A program made the position numbers and the translations under genes. The notes under the pieces are model-generated. The model saw only the letters and a list, made by a program, of their open reading frames with translations, made no database searches and was not told where the DNA came from. A stretch of DNA of 64,000 nt from Raillietiella orientalis (Eukaryota). The DNA lies in the NCBI GenBank assembly GCA_036172245.1, contig JAYWIR010000027.1, positions 2,666,001 to 2,730,000 on the forward strand, written 5' to 3'. Below, piece after piece: positions 43,971 to 55,502 of this stretch (the stretch's first letter is position 1; the number at the start of each line of letters is the position of its first letter).

Positions 43971-45609
43971 TGTCTGGCACACGCACACACGCTCTCACAC
44001 ATGAGGAAATTCAACTGATTCCTCAAAAAACGAAGAGATGAATTACCCTCCTGAGCTCCCAACACCACCACAAAAAAAAAAAAAAAAAAAATGTTTGATG
44101 CCTTCCGTTACAGTCGAAGCAATCTTTGGAAGAACAACGAAAACCACGGAAATTCTGGATTCGAACAGGATGAGGCTGGAGACACGACAGGACGCCAGAC
44201 AGGAAGTTGTGAAACCAAAGGGATCCAAGGTTCCCCTTAGAGAAGGCGTGAATCCTGCAGCATTGTGCTGATGCAAAAAAGAACTATTTGCTTTGGTGTG
44301 TTCATCACGCACACTTGCTTCACTCCATGTTGTGTGCCTGAAATCCAATTCAATTATCTGGACATCAAAGCCATTACTGTAAACATCGTCAAGAGCCTTG
44401 AATCTCTCCACGGCCTCTCGGACGGCGGCGAAGAAAAGGAACTCGTACGAAGCAATGGATACAACGGGACGTTAATCAAATTGAAATAGGTTTTCGGGTT
44501 GATCTAATTCTAAAAGTATGAGGGAATAATTCACGGCCGTTCATAGAGGAATGGTTGTCTTTTACACACACGTGCGAAACACGCACAGTGGGTTTCTCTG
44601 TGATTAACGTGCCCTTTCGAGGGAATTCAATCTTTTGGAAAAGAATCAAATTCTTCATTTGTAGAAGAAAAAAAAAAAAAAAAGGCTTTTTCAGATAATA
44701 AAGTAGATGGATCGTCTCACAGTGGATATAAGTCTTCGTACAGACACGTAGCCACTGCAGCTCAGCCATGGGTAAACCTCAATTCAATGTGTTGCAGAAA
44801 CACTTCATCAGTGTAGGTTTATAACCCTTTATGATGAATCCTTTTTGTAATTTTTTTTCAAAAAGATGATGCTCCTCAGATAAATTCTCGGAAGATTCTT
44901 GAGATTTCTTCTAGCAGCCGGACTGAATTAGGCTGCACACACACTGAGCTAAATTAATGGATTTCAAGTGGAGAATGGCGGCAGGAAGTGGTTCGAAGTC
45001 TGCGCCAAGAGGACCGTGCAGATTTCTCATCCTGATTATCCTGGTATAATTTGGTGGTGGTCGGGATCTCTTGGGTATGGTAAGATACTAGCGGAACCAA
45101 GAATCCTGCGTATTCAGGTTTCAATTAAAGCAAGAAAATAATGCTGTCCGGGGCATAACATCGGAACAGCAGCTGGTCATCTTGCTTTTGCTTCTTTCTT
45201 TCTTTTTTTCTTTTTTGTCAAACCTGTGATGTAGTTGAGAGCGGGTAACATAATTCATCCCCGCAAAAGAAATACTGAAAGAACTTCCAAGAACCTTTCA
45301 AGAATTTACCAAAGGAGCATTCTCTTTCTAAAAGTGTTTCAAAGAAGATTCACGTTTAAGGGTTGTGAACCGACTTCGGCGAAACAAGTGGTTTCTCCGT
45401 AGCACGTTTTAACCACTTATAATCAGTGTATGATCCGAATAATTGGTGAGGGAGGGGGGAGGCAGTGTAGAAAATATCGTGATTAAATTTGAAAAATTAA
45501 TGATTTATCAATAACGGTCCCATGTGAATCGCATGGCATGCGTCCATTCGTCTTCATTGCTACAAGGAACGCAACATGCTTTCGAACAGAATCTTCCTCG
45601 GTTTAGGAA

Positions 45610-46420
45610 TGAGTGGTGGTGATGCAGCAGTTGCCTCGTTTCATACACACAGAAGAAACAGCTGAAGTCTTCTGGAAAATCCATGAACTTGTTGACCAAC
45701 GCAGGCCGACATACATTTGCAGTAAACAACGCCCTCTGGTCTTGAAAAACAAAAACGAAAGTTTGCTCTCTAAATGCCAATTCATCATGGAATGCCTTGT
45801 GCAAGAAATGAGACATCAGCAAAGAGTGTTCACGTGGATGAGAAAACCTGATTGTACTTGGAAGATTTGTACGAGTTTTTCCATACTCACACGTTCGCTG
45901 ACTGATCCACCTGAACTCTTTAAGAGTTCAGATTAAAACTCTCGCGGTGTATCAGGAGTGGTCCAGGGGCTCCATGCGCAGTCCATCCTAGAGCGCCTCT
46001 AGGATGGGTGAAACAGATACATCAGTAAAAGTGGAAGCAAAAAATGCAAAGCCGGGCTTGACACACTATCATGCGCTTCGTGTTTTGCATGGTCCAGCGT
46101 GCCAAGTGTATGAGAAAACATTGCAGTCGCTGCTCTCCACCGGTGCGAATCTTCACGAGTGCGAGCAGTGCGATGAATTCGGGACGTGGTGTCCCTGCCT
46201 AGCGAATCAACTTTTCTCTGATATCGCGATTAAACTTCGCCTTCCTCAAATCCTGCTATCACTCGAGAAATTCCAAGATCAGTAATGCACCAGACTAGGA
46301 GCCAGTGACTAATCCATGTGCTAATTCATTCGGATTGGATCCAGCTGTGCATTCAGCAGACTGTTCTTCCTGTGCACTATTGCATTTGTGCGCTCCCAAT
46401 CTGATGCTGTAGCGTGCCGT
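45610..46420 (+). pseudogene. Possible degenerate DDE integrase of the Ginger2/KRBA2/SCAND3 type
   Basis: RFIHTEETAEVFWKIHE, NSRG and LTHYHALRVLH...QVYEKTLQSLLSTGANLHECEQCDEF resemble, in order, YV..EE.FDI.HE.H, NSRCQVD and LTKFV.LRPL...EVA..L..IF..FGAP.ILQSDNG.EF. Stops and frameshifts are present and similarity is weak. Confidence 0.3.
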
Positions 46421-47099
46421 CGTGCAATCCGAGCAGATCTTTAGCCGCTGCTATCTTTAAAAAGTCCTTATGGTCTACCAAAGACAGCTGAAGTGGATGA
46501 GAGCAGACAGAAGAAGAATGGCTGCTTGCGTATCACTGAAGACACAGCGCATCCTGACTTTGCTTTGATTCACGAGTAAGACGAACAAAAGCATCTCCCG
46601 AAAAACTGATAGAAGCGGACCCTTTCAGATATTATCTGAAAAATCACAGGCCCCCAGATAACTTGCGGAATCTTGAGATAACGTGCGAAGCAAATCCAAG
46701 TGTTCCTCTAGATATTTTGTAGTGTTTTCTTCCTTTATTATTATTTTTTTTTTCCAAGGTTGAAGTGGCGGCCCTTCACAGAAGAGCGGACTCTTCTTCC
46801 TGATCCGGACGAGATTTTCCGCCTTGGAGTGTTTTCCGGCTTCCTCGACTGGGTTTGCTCTCTGCGGCGGAGTTCGGATCGACGGAACCAGACACTTAAA
46901 CTCAACCAGACACGGACTGAGCGTTCACCATTGGGAACCCTCCTCCCGCATGGCATCTGTTAGTGCCGCCGCCGAGATCCGCTCAGACGGCAGCTCTACC
47001 AGGTGATCTCGGGAGCGAGAGAACTCACCCGCCTGCTCGACCGAACCTCAACCCCGAACCCCCCGGTTACGCCGAGCCGTTTATGTACATGTAAATAAA

Positions 47100-48830
47100 T
47101 TTACAAGCGAGGCTGGTATTTATTGCAAGTGCTAGGAAGGGTTGGGAAGCTGACAGAGATGTCGCCTCGCCCTTGAAGGCGAAAGACCGGAGGAAGGGGG
47201 GGTGGGACAACGAGGCTGTGATGGGCAGGGGCAAGAAAGGATAGAGGGAGGGCCAATGGTTACATCTGGAGAGAGGTCTGAATGTGGAGTAGGGAAGGTA
47301 CTGACTAGAGCGATCCTCCTATTGCTTAGTCGATGAAGAATGCTCTCCCTAACTCCAGTCTAGTGGCTGTAGGCAGCGAGTGCCATCGCAGAGATTGTCG
47401 AAGAAGAGGGAATGCAAGGCCCCACGCCATGGTCCTTTCGTGCTGCCGTTCAAGGATGTACCTGGCTCGGACCATCCCATGAGTGTAGGTCAGAATGGCG
47501 ATTATTGCAGAACCGGGGAGACCTGTGTGCTGAAAGAAGCGATGGAGGATCTCCTTGGCGGTTTCGCCGGGGAGTGCGTGATGGCATGGGTCAGGCGTTT
47601 CCATCTCCTCCAAACCGCCGGGCAGTCAATCAGCAGATGCGGCAGCGTCTCTTTAGATCCACATCGGCTGCGGTTCTGGGACGCACGTTTTCCCGGTTTC
47701 ACGTTTTCCCTGGAACTTCCTGGCGTTGTTGTGAAGGCTCCATTGTAGGAAGTGTAGGGCAGTGTTGCCAAGAGGCAGCGTCAGTGTATTGTCAGCACAC
47801 CTCTCGGGCACGCACGTAACCACAAAGTCCGCGTCGGAGGTTTGTGGTTACGGTGGTCTCCGTGCGTGGCACCACCAAGCATCGCGGGTTCGAATACTCC
47901 GACAGAAATCGACGCAGTGCTCCGTGGGTTCCGAGCTCCTCCCGCTGGTTGGTCTACAAACATTCGGGTGTGGCACCGGTAGCGGTTCAAACCGGAAGCT
48001 CCCGATGAATTCCGGAACTATGGGAGTCAACCACCGGGTCCTTCTAGGAATCAAGGTGGGGAGTTCCCCCTCCAGTTGTGCAAAGGAGAGAGGACCCCCC
48101 AATGTGGGGGATGCCTCCGGTTCGTTCAGATGGAGTAGGTGTGTAGCCATTTCTCCTATTCAGAAATGCTCAGGAAGTTGGGCCCAGCAGGTGAGGTCTT
48201 TGACCTCAATTATGAGGATACGCGAGTACTGTCAGTTCATTAGCGTTCCGCGATAGAAGGGGAACACGCTGGTCGTTAATATCACAGCTCATGTCCCACT
48301 CTGCCTCTTACTCGGCGCCATCTCTAGAACGAAGCTGATTCCAGAAGATCGCCAAGGGTGAGAGTTCTGCCACCGACGTATACCCCTCGGGGGGTCCACA
48401 ATTTATCCCAGCTGCTGGCGCGATGGTTTGGAGTGGGGGGGGGGGGAGCGCGACCATCAAGATGTGTCTCAGAATAGGGAACCATGTTGTAAAGGATTCC
48501 TGACCCCAGGCCTTGAGGTTTCTTGGCTAGCAGGAAATCGAGTTCCAGCTCCTTAGCAATTGCGTTATTTGGTAGAGGAGAAAGCCTTGGTCTCTGGGTG
48601 CAGTGCTGGTCCATAGAATTGCCAACCCCTGGCTGCCCGTGGTGAGCAAGAGTATTGATCTAGCTGGCTGATACCGGCGATCATCCCAACGTGAGCCAGG
48701 TATGAAGAATAGCCAGCGAAATACAAGTTCGGTCGGCAAAAGCTGCAGCATTTCGATGCCAATCCCGGCGTCTTGTCTCGGGTCACAAATGTCTTTAAGT
48801 CTGACCCTCAAGAGACCACCCCTACCCCCA
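47100..48830 (-). mobile_element. 5'-truncated degenerate L1/Tx1-like element, family B (post-RT domain, CCHC, 3' end)
   Basis: RVRLKDICDPRQDAGIGI (L..P...GGLG-like, ~48808-48755), RCGSKETLPHLLIDCPAVWRRW (~47666-47602), C-terminal helix to stop 47326, pyrimidine-rich tail, AATAAA on the minus strand at ~47119-47124. Confidence 0.7.
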
Positions 48831-48999
48831 CAGGCGCGTCCTTAGTAAGGAGGGTTCCCTCCTCCTGGTTTCTGGGGGAGGGGAGGGGGGAACAAAAAAT
48901 AAAGGACGGAGGAGGGGGACGGCGTAGGTGTTCCAGATAAAGGCCCGTTCGGGGAACAGGAATCTGCCACCACAGAACGTGGCTAGCGCTATCTCCACG

Positions 49000-49600
49000 T
49001 TATGGACCTAACCTTGGCTGTCCGACGACTGTATGGGAAGGCGCAAGCCGGCGCCAGGAGTCTCTGTCTGCTCCAGCCGGAGGCAGCCTGCCGACGAAAG
49101 TGTCGCATAGTCCTGTGTGCGGAGGTGCACGCCTCGCAAAGTACGGGTGTTCCAGGCCGCCGAACCAGTGAACTCCCGGACGGGTGGGTTCAAGTGCGAT
49201 CCTCCGCATTCCCGGAAAGATCTGCGTGATTCCCGGGACTCGCCGAAACTCAGCGCGCGCACAATCCCAACATTCGACGCAGCCCCGACCGACGACGTCG
49301 CGAAAAACCTTTCAGTGATTCATGCAGGATCCTTCACCTCCGTCAGTGAGGAAACAAGGATGCCAGGTACCCCGTCTCCACCAGGGGGAACTCGCGCGCC
49401 GCAAATAATGCACCGCCAACCCGAGCAATGCCCTCCACCCGCCACAGGGAGCAGCCATGCAAAATGCCCTGACAGACAAACAAAGAAGATCCAGGGTCCG
49501 ATGTTCAACGACCAGTGGCGGACGGGAAGTGCGACTTTTGCACACGCGCGCCCTCCTCACCACTCCGGCGACCACGCTTACCCGCCGTTCCCATTGCTAA
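49000..49600 (-). mobile_element. Degenerate APE fragment
   Basis: LDLLCLS (DI.CLQE-like), GGDGVPGILV (GGV.IL-like), RTQDY (RIDY-like), in order. Confidence 0.4.
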
Positions 49601-49629
49601 CAATACCCCAAGCCATGGCGAGAAGGGAA

Positions 49630-50500
49630 TGACGATCCATTCGCGCCATCTACTGGATCCTGGGCAAAGAGGGAGCAAACGTCCTCCAGGCGTCCGGAGA
49701 GACTGCCCTCGCCCGTGCGGCCCCCGGGAAAGCCTGTGCGGGGATGTGCTCACCGGCTCCACCCGGTTGGACCGCACGACTGAAAGACGACGACGCCTCC
49801 GATCCCGGATGCTGTGCGCGTCACGAAAGACCTCCGACCCGATGCTAGAGGCGACGGTGAATTGGGATGCCGATTACCCCAAGCCTTCCCGCGAAGCGCT
49901 GGACTCGAAGGCACCAGACGACTGCGACGCCACCAGCATCGCCAAGCTGTGCGTGCGAGCGCAGCCGGCAACAGATCTCAGGGAGCCCTCGGAAACCCAG
50001 GCAGCAGGCTGGTGCTCTTGCAACCATCGAGGTGACCTCCGAGCTCTCTCCTCACAGAGCTTCCGCATCTTCCTTCGGAATGTGCAGCGCCAAGTAGCGA
50101 GGAGAAGAGGCAAAGAGAAACGCTTGCTGCGCTCTCGAGCTGTCTCCCCTCTGCGGGTGCAGCGAGCCGCCGTCGCACGCAGAGGAGGTGGACCGCGAGC
50201 AGGAATGCCCGGAAACGCCGAAGGCAGCTGGAAACGGTACGTCGGTACGGAAATGTCTCCTTCGAGTGCGCCGGAGAGGCCGGTGGCACGCGGGCGGTAG
50301 GCCGCCCGCTGCTGGGGACGGGTCTGCCTCCTGCGTGCCCGAAAAAAGCCTCTTGGCGTGCGATGGGCACCTGCTTGCCGAGGCTCCAGATAGAGGTGCA
50401 TGCTCCTGGCCACCTGGACGTCCTGCAAGGTTTCGCAGGGCCCCGCGGAAAAAATGAAGACGCGCGCTGAGCATTCGTGGAGAAAGAGGAAAGCATGCCC
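49630..50500 (-). mobile_element. Degenerate LINE post-RT / C-terminal fragment
   Basis: RVFIFSAG...VARSMHLYLEPRQAG (F.W.G...V....LYLP...GG-like) and RLLPLCPGSSRW (HLL..CP-like). Confidence 0.35.
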
Positions 50501-50889
50501 CTGGAAACTGCATGAAACCTCACCTAACAGCTTACTTTTATGACTGAATGTGTAGTATAATGTGTGGCATACAACCAATGTGTGAGCTGTGTCAACTATG
50601 CTTTGGTCAGGGATAGCCCTGGCCCCCGTAGAATGCGGAGGATACCTTCCGCGTTATACGAGTTCTGTGGGTTGGTTATGATGGTCTCCACGTTACCAAA
50701 CACGTCTTAAACATCACAAAGTGTACCTCAAATGACGTCCTGAAATGAATGTGATGAAGACGAAATGCATTAATGATGTGGAATAAGTGATAGCGAAATG
50801 TCATGAAGCAGAAGTGGCAGGGCAGGAGGAGGATGTCTTGTTGATTCACCTAAAATCAAAAGGCCCGCGTCAATTGTTGTTAAAGCTTC

Positions 50890-51250
50890 CGCGCGTGGCA
50901 CCATGCGTCGCGGGTTCGAATACTTCGGCAGAAACTGACGCCATTGTGTCGTTGGGTTCCGAGTTTCTCCTGCAACGGCACTGGTTGGCCGAGAAATTCG
51001 GGCATGGCACCGGTGGTGGTTTAAGCAGGAAACCCCGATGAAGGCCGGAACGATGGGAGTCGACCTTCGGGTCCTTCCAGGAATAAAGGAGTGGAGAGTT
51101 CCCCCTCCGGTCGTGCAACGGAGAGCGGACCCCTGTCACCAGGGGATCACCTCTGGTTTCAAGATGGAGCAGGATCCCTCATGGGCAGCTCTCCAGTTGT
51201 TCAAAGGAGCGGACCCCCCTGTTGCGGGGGTCCCTCCAAGTCGTCGCCTC
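50890..51250 (-). mobile_element. Second fragment of LINE family B
   Basis: Direct nucleotide similarity to 47875-48100, e.g. TCGCGGGTTCGAATACT, TGGGTTCCGAG, TGGCACCGGT, CCCGATGAA..CCGGAAC.ATGGGAGTC and GAGTTCCCCCTCC in both. Confidence 0.8.
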
Positions 51251-51299
51251 TTCACAGCGTGCACAAGGAAGCAAGAGAGAGCGATTCCCTGCGGGAAGC

Positions 51300-51830
51300 T
51301 GCAGCGCCCCTTCTGAGTTTCGGAAGCATCCCTTCGGGGTTCTCTTCAGAGGAGTGAACAGTAGCTGTTCCCTTGCGGGTTCCCTCCGGAGAAGAAATTC
51401 CTACAAGCGGATTCTTTCCGGGTTCACTTCGAAGAAGTTGAAATGGAGAGGACCACCCCCTCCCAAGGGGTGTCCCTCCGGAGAGAATGAGGACGGAGAT
51501 TCCCTTCGGGGTTCCCCTTCGGAGACAACCAGGGTGAGAGGTGCGATCCCCCCCGTCCGGGGGGATCCCTCCCCAAGCGTGAGAGGAACGGACTCCAAGC
51601 CCTTCCTAAATTCATAGGGCGGACCCCCATCCCGGAGTGCCCCTATCCTGAAGAATTACACGCTCCTCTGAGGGTTGCCGCGGGCGGAGGGGCGTGGAAA
51701 CAAAACAGTATGTTTAAAAGAGCCACGTGCGACCGGCTCTGAGGTACTTAGCGAACCAAAAAAAAGAAAACTCTTAAAAAAAAAAAAGCTGAAAGAAAAA
51801 CAGCGAAGACAGAAGAAAAAGAACCCAAGG
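51300..51830 (-). repeat. Dispersed repeat with hairpin array, copy 2
   Basis: See copy 1. CCCTTCGGGG at 51330 and 51502, CCCTTGCGGG at 51370. Confidence 0.85.
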
Positions 51831-54129
51831 ATTTCCATCGTCCTAGGCCAATAGTAACGATCTCCTCGTGGGGGTCGCTACTGGCCTTTTTATTAAAAAA
51901 AAAAAAAAAAAAAAACAAAAGGAAAACTAGTAAGACTGCTCGCTGGCTAAGAAATGAAAGCATAGAAAAAAGCTTTCCGACTGTTGCCGATATGCAAGCA
52001 GTTCGATAGTTTCGTCCTCGTTCTTGAAACTGCTTTAGACCGTAGCAAGAATTTGAACGAAACAGATCATGTGTCTGTGTCCCGTGCAAAAGGAGCTCAG
52101 CCGACACCTCACCACAAAATGGAAACTCTTCCACAGCGTCGTACGAAGCTGATTTACTTCGCTGCACGAATCCGTACGAATTGTACGATTTCTTCTGCAC
52201 AGCACCTGGTGTTGAGAAGTTTCATCTTCCGGCTACAAACGAAATCAGTGTGAAGAATACCTTACTCCAACAAAAAGAATACTTTCATTCCTCCTTTCTT
52301 TCCGATTCCCGACTTTTTTTCTTCGTGGTGCGGACTTTGCTGAAGGAGATTGTGGTTGTAACTGTAAGAACCACAGTTATGCTGCAAGTCGACGTAAACA
52401 GATCTTCCCGATCCCTGCTGTCTTCAGCACTTTTAAAGCGTTTCCCGTCCTTCCTTCCCAAGTGCAGGATTTGTCTTTTTAACGGTTGTGATGATGAATG
52501 ATTGGGATCATATCAGTCATCATCGTGCTTCCGCTGGTCAAAACAACTGCAGGCTCACTGCTTTTTCCCTGTTGTGCTGCGTGCTGTTGCTCTTAAGAAA
52601 ATGACTATCATCATGAATCATTGGTTATTGTTGTTGACTTGTCTCAGCATCCAAATGGAAGAGTTGGACGTTCGCATAGCAGCCAACGCGATCGCTGTGG
52701 ATGCAGTCGTTGGATACTGTCAGAAGGAATTAAATTTGAAACCCGAATCCGTTGACAACCACAGCATACTCCACTTTGGGGGCACTACAAAAGTTTTATG
52801 GGTCGTGGCAATGTTCCATGGCAATCACGAATGTTATTTTAATGTAACAGTTTGGTTGCATACTGTACTTTTGTTCAATGTCATAGGCGTATCTAATACC
52901 TAATTCAGTTTCTATGGCAACCACAGATTTCATTTCACACTTGTAACATTTTGTACATTGAAGATTAAGGAATTATTATTTGTGATTTACATGATTTCAC
53001 TACACCCTTTTCATACATTCACTGTAAATTTCAGTTTGCGTATCTAAGGATTTTGGTGCATTAAAGTGTGCAACAAGTTATTTTTAATATACCCTCACAC
53101 ATTGGTGGTTGACTGCTCAGTGTATGTGGGATGTCATCCCGCTAAGCATGAAATGCACTCATGTTCCTAGAAATATGTTTGTGACTACTACTAATACAAG
53201 CCCCTCATGTAATAAACCAAATTATGATTCACAAATTTACAGTGCTCCTTCCTAAGAAATCTCATCATCACCAGCAGAGTGAACTTACCTTACCCCTTGC
53301 CCTCTTGTCATCAATCCTACTCAAAATCTGCTACTCAGCCAGTATTATGTAAGACAATCTCGACATCACAACCAGAACTTCAGTCACATCCAATGAAAAA
53401 AAAACCTAGGAGCCCAAACTTTTCAATTTAATAATCAATTAGTTTCCTGATAGATTGAAAACTTCCATGCAATCGGCAAACTGATCTTTGAAAAAAATTA
53501 ATCTCACATCATATCATAAAACCACTTTTTTTCATGTACAGATAACGCTTCCAGTTCTTCAGGGGAGGTGCCCCAAATCAACAATACTGAGAATTCACAT
53601 TTTAATCTTAAAAACAACCAAACCATGGATGGACCCTGTTTTTCCGCATTAGAAATCTGATTTTCCGTTCCATATCCTCATTATAAATTGCTCTCACTGT
53701 TTCATAGTTAATACGTCTCCTTGCCTTTGTTCCACATGCAGATTAGCAAACTTACAAATGCTATCCTACCTGATATGGTTTTTCATACCGCTGAGTACGG
53801 CGAAACTGATCCAAAATGCCTTCCTGACCCATAATCCTGATAAATAACCATGTGTACATCAATTCAACAATACTACCGATTGATAGTTAGAATGGCTTCC
53901 TCCACTTGACCATTTTGAACTATCATAGTTCGTGACACAGCTTTTTGGTACTCTAAAGGTCTTCTGTATTTAGCCCTCATTCGATACAAAACTCTTGTCA
54001 GATACATATTCTTATGAAACTCTACAACAGCAATAAGTATTAACTTGCAATCTTTATATTAGAACTCATAATCTCATTGTTTATTACACACATTTTTCCC
54101 CAGAACACAACACTCTTTCAGAAAGCATT

Positions 54130-54507
54130 TTACACATAATAATACGGCTTTTTAACAGTAAAAGTATAAGGCTCTGAAGTTTCACTAAGAGCTTGAGACA
54201 AATCCTCAACAGTTAGGGTATGCCTACGATCCCTGTTCTTGCTTTTAGTAACTTGGGCAGCATTTTTCATTCTCGCAATTTGATAAGCATTGTTTGCACA
54301 GTTTGAAATAAACAACTGAGTTGCCAATCCCAATAATCGTATGATTCTCGGATCATCTGTTTGGCAGCCTGCTGTATTCAAATAATACTGGGTCACTGCA
54401 TCAGGGATACTTGGTTTGCAATCCTGGAGTTCTTTAACAAAATCTGAAAATTTATGTACATCGCATGCAACTGGTGAATATGCTTCACTTTCTGGTTTCT
54501 CTTCCAT
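54130..54507 (-). CDS. TAF10: Transcription initiation factor TFIID subunit 10 (125 aa, single coding exon)
   Basis: SDFVKELQDCKPSIPDAVTQYYLNTAGCQTDDPRIIRLLGLATQLFISNCANNA...RHTLTVEDLSQAL...VKKPYYY matches the TAF10 histone-fold signature (IPDAVT.YYL..AG...DPRIIRL). The start is taken at ATG 54507, just after an acceptor TTTTTCAG| at 54521. Confidence 0.9.
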   Translation of the reverse strand: MEEKPESEAYSPVACDVHKFSDFVKELQDCKPSIPDAVTQYYLNTAGCQTDDPRIIRLLGLATQLFISNCANNAYQIARMKNAAQVTKSKNRDRRHTLTVEDLSQALSETSEPYTFTVKKPYYYV

Positions 54508-55398
54508 TTTTGAAATCAGCCTGAAAAACGAATATCTAAAGATTAAGGTTCCAGTTCGAACGCAGGTAAAATTTCCCACTTTCAGATCTAGTTCCGTTTC
54601 AATGTATGTCACATCCCATGCATCACAATAACAGAGAAGGAAAAAAAAACGGGAACACACATAATTCATACCAATAAATCGTTTCACGAGGTTCAACATT
54701 CCGTGTTTCAGAAAACAAAACCCAAACCTTTACATTCCCAACTTTTGTGTTTACCTAAATCCACCTGGGAGTTGACTTCACCGAGATGGACGCGCTCTCT
54801 CCGTCGCACCCTCTGCGCCAACGTCAAAACAGAACGCGCAGGGCACGCAAGAATGCGGAACCCCCCATTTCAGCAAAATAGGCAGCCGAATGCAAACGGC
54901 ACTTCCTGAACGTGCAACACTTCCCCAGCAGCTGCAGATTCACACACTGGCATTTTTCATTTCAGGCTTAGGGGCAAATCTGCAGCCAAACTCGCACAGC
55001 AAACACGAAAAGATTTGCAAGATGTGGACTCGATCGGAAAGATTCTCGGAACGAGACCGAAAGTCATCTTGCAGAACTCAATCCTGACAGCCCCTGCAAA
55101 TGCAACCGTTCCAATACTATGATGTTCCTCTCTTTAAGAAGGCTCATAGCAAAACTATTCCTTCTCCAACTGCCAAACGGCCGAGTTCATCCCTCCGTAA
55201 TAGGATTCAGCCCTTTTGCGACTTTTTTCCCGATCGCTGTCACTGCTATCTACTACTGGAAAGCACCATTCCCGTGTTCAAAAAAAAGAAAAAAAAAGAT
55301 GCATCTAATATTTTGACATCTTTCAGAAAGAGAAAAACATTTTTTTTTTCTCTACACAATATAATCACAATGCATCATGGTTAATTTTTATCTCTACC

Positions 55399-55502
55399 AT
55401 TTGATTTTTCTTTATTCGTATATTACGAATTTTCATTCTAAACCTCATAAATGGAGTAACCCATCAGGGAAATTCCAATATACGAATAAAGAAAAATCAA
55501 AT
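55399..55502. repeat. Perfect 26-bp inverted repeat with 52-nt spacer
   Basis: ATTTGATTTTTCTTTATTCGTATATT (55399-55424) and AATATACGAATAAAGAAAAATCAAAT (55477-55502). Confidence 0.95.

Noticed and set aside
44043..44460. Minus-strand 122-aa ORF as a gene exon
   Set aside because: No recognisable domain and no consistent flanking splice partners.
54508..54699. 64-aa N-terminal extension of TAF10 shown in the ORF track
   Set aside because: Starts at a TTG, has no TAF10 similarity and crosses a good splice acceptor at 54521; most likely intron.
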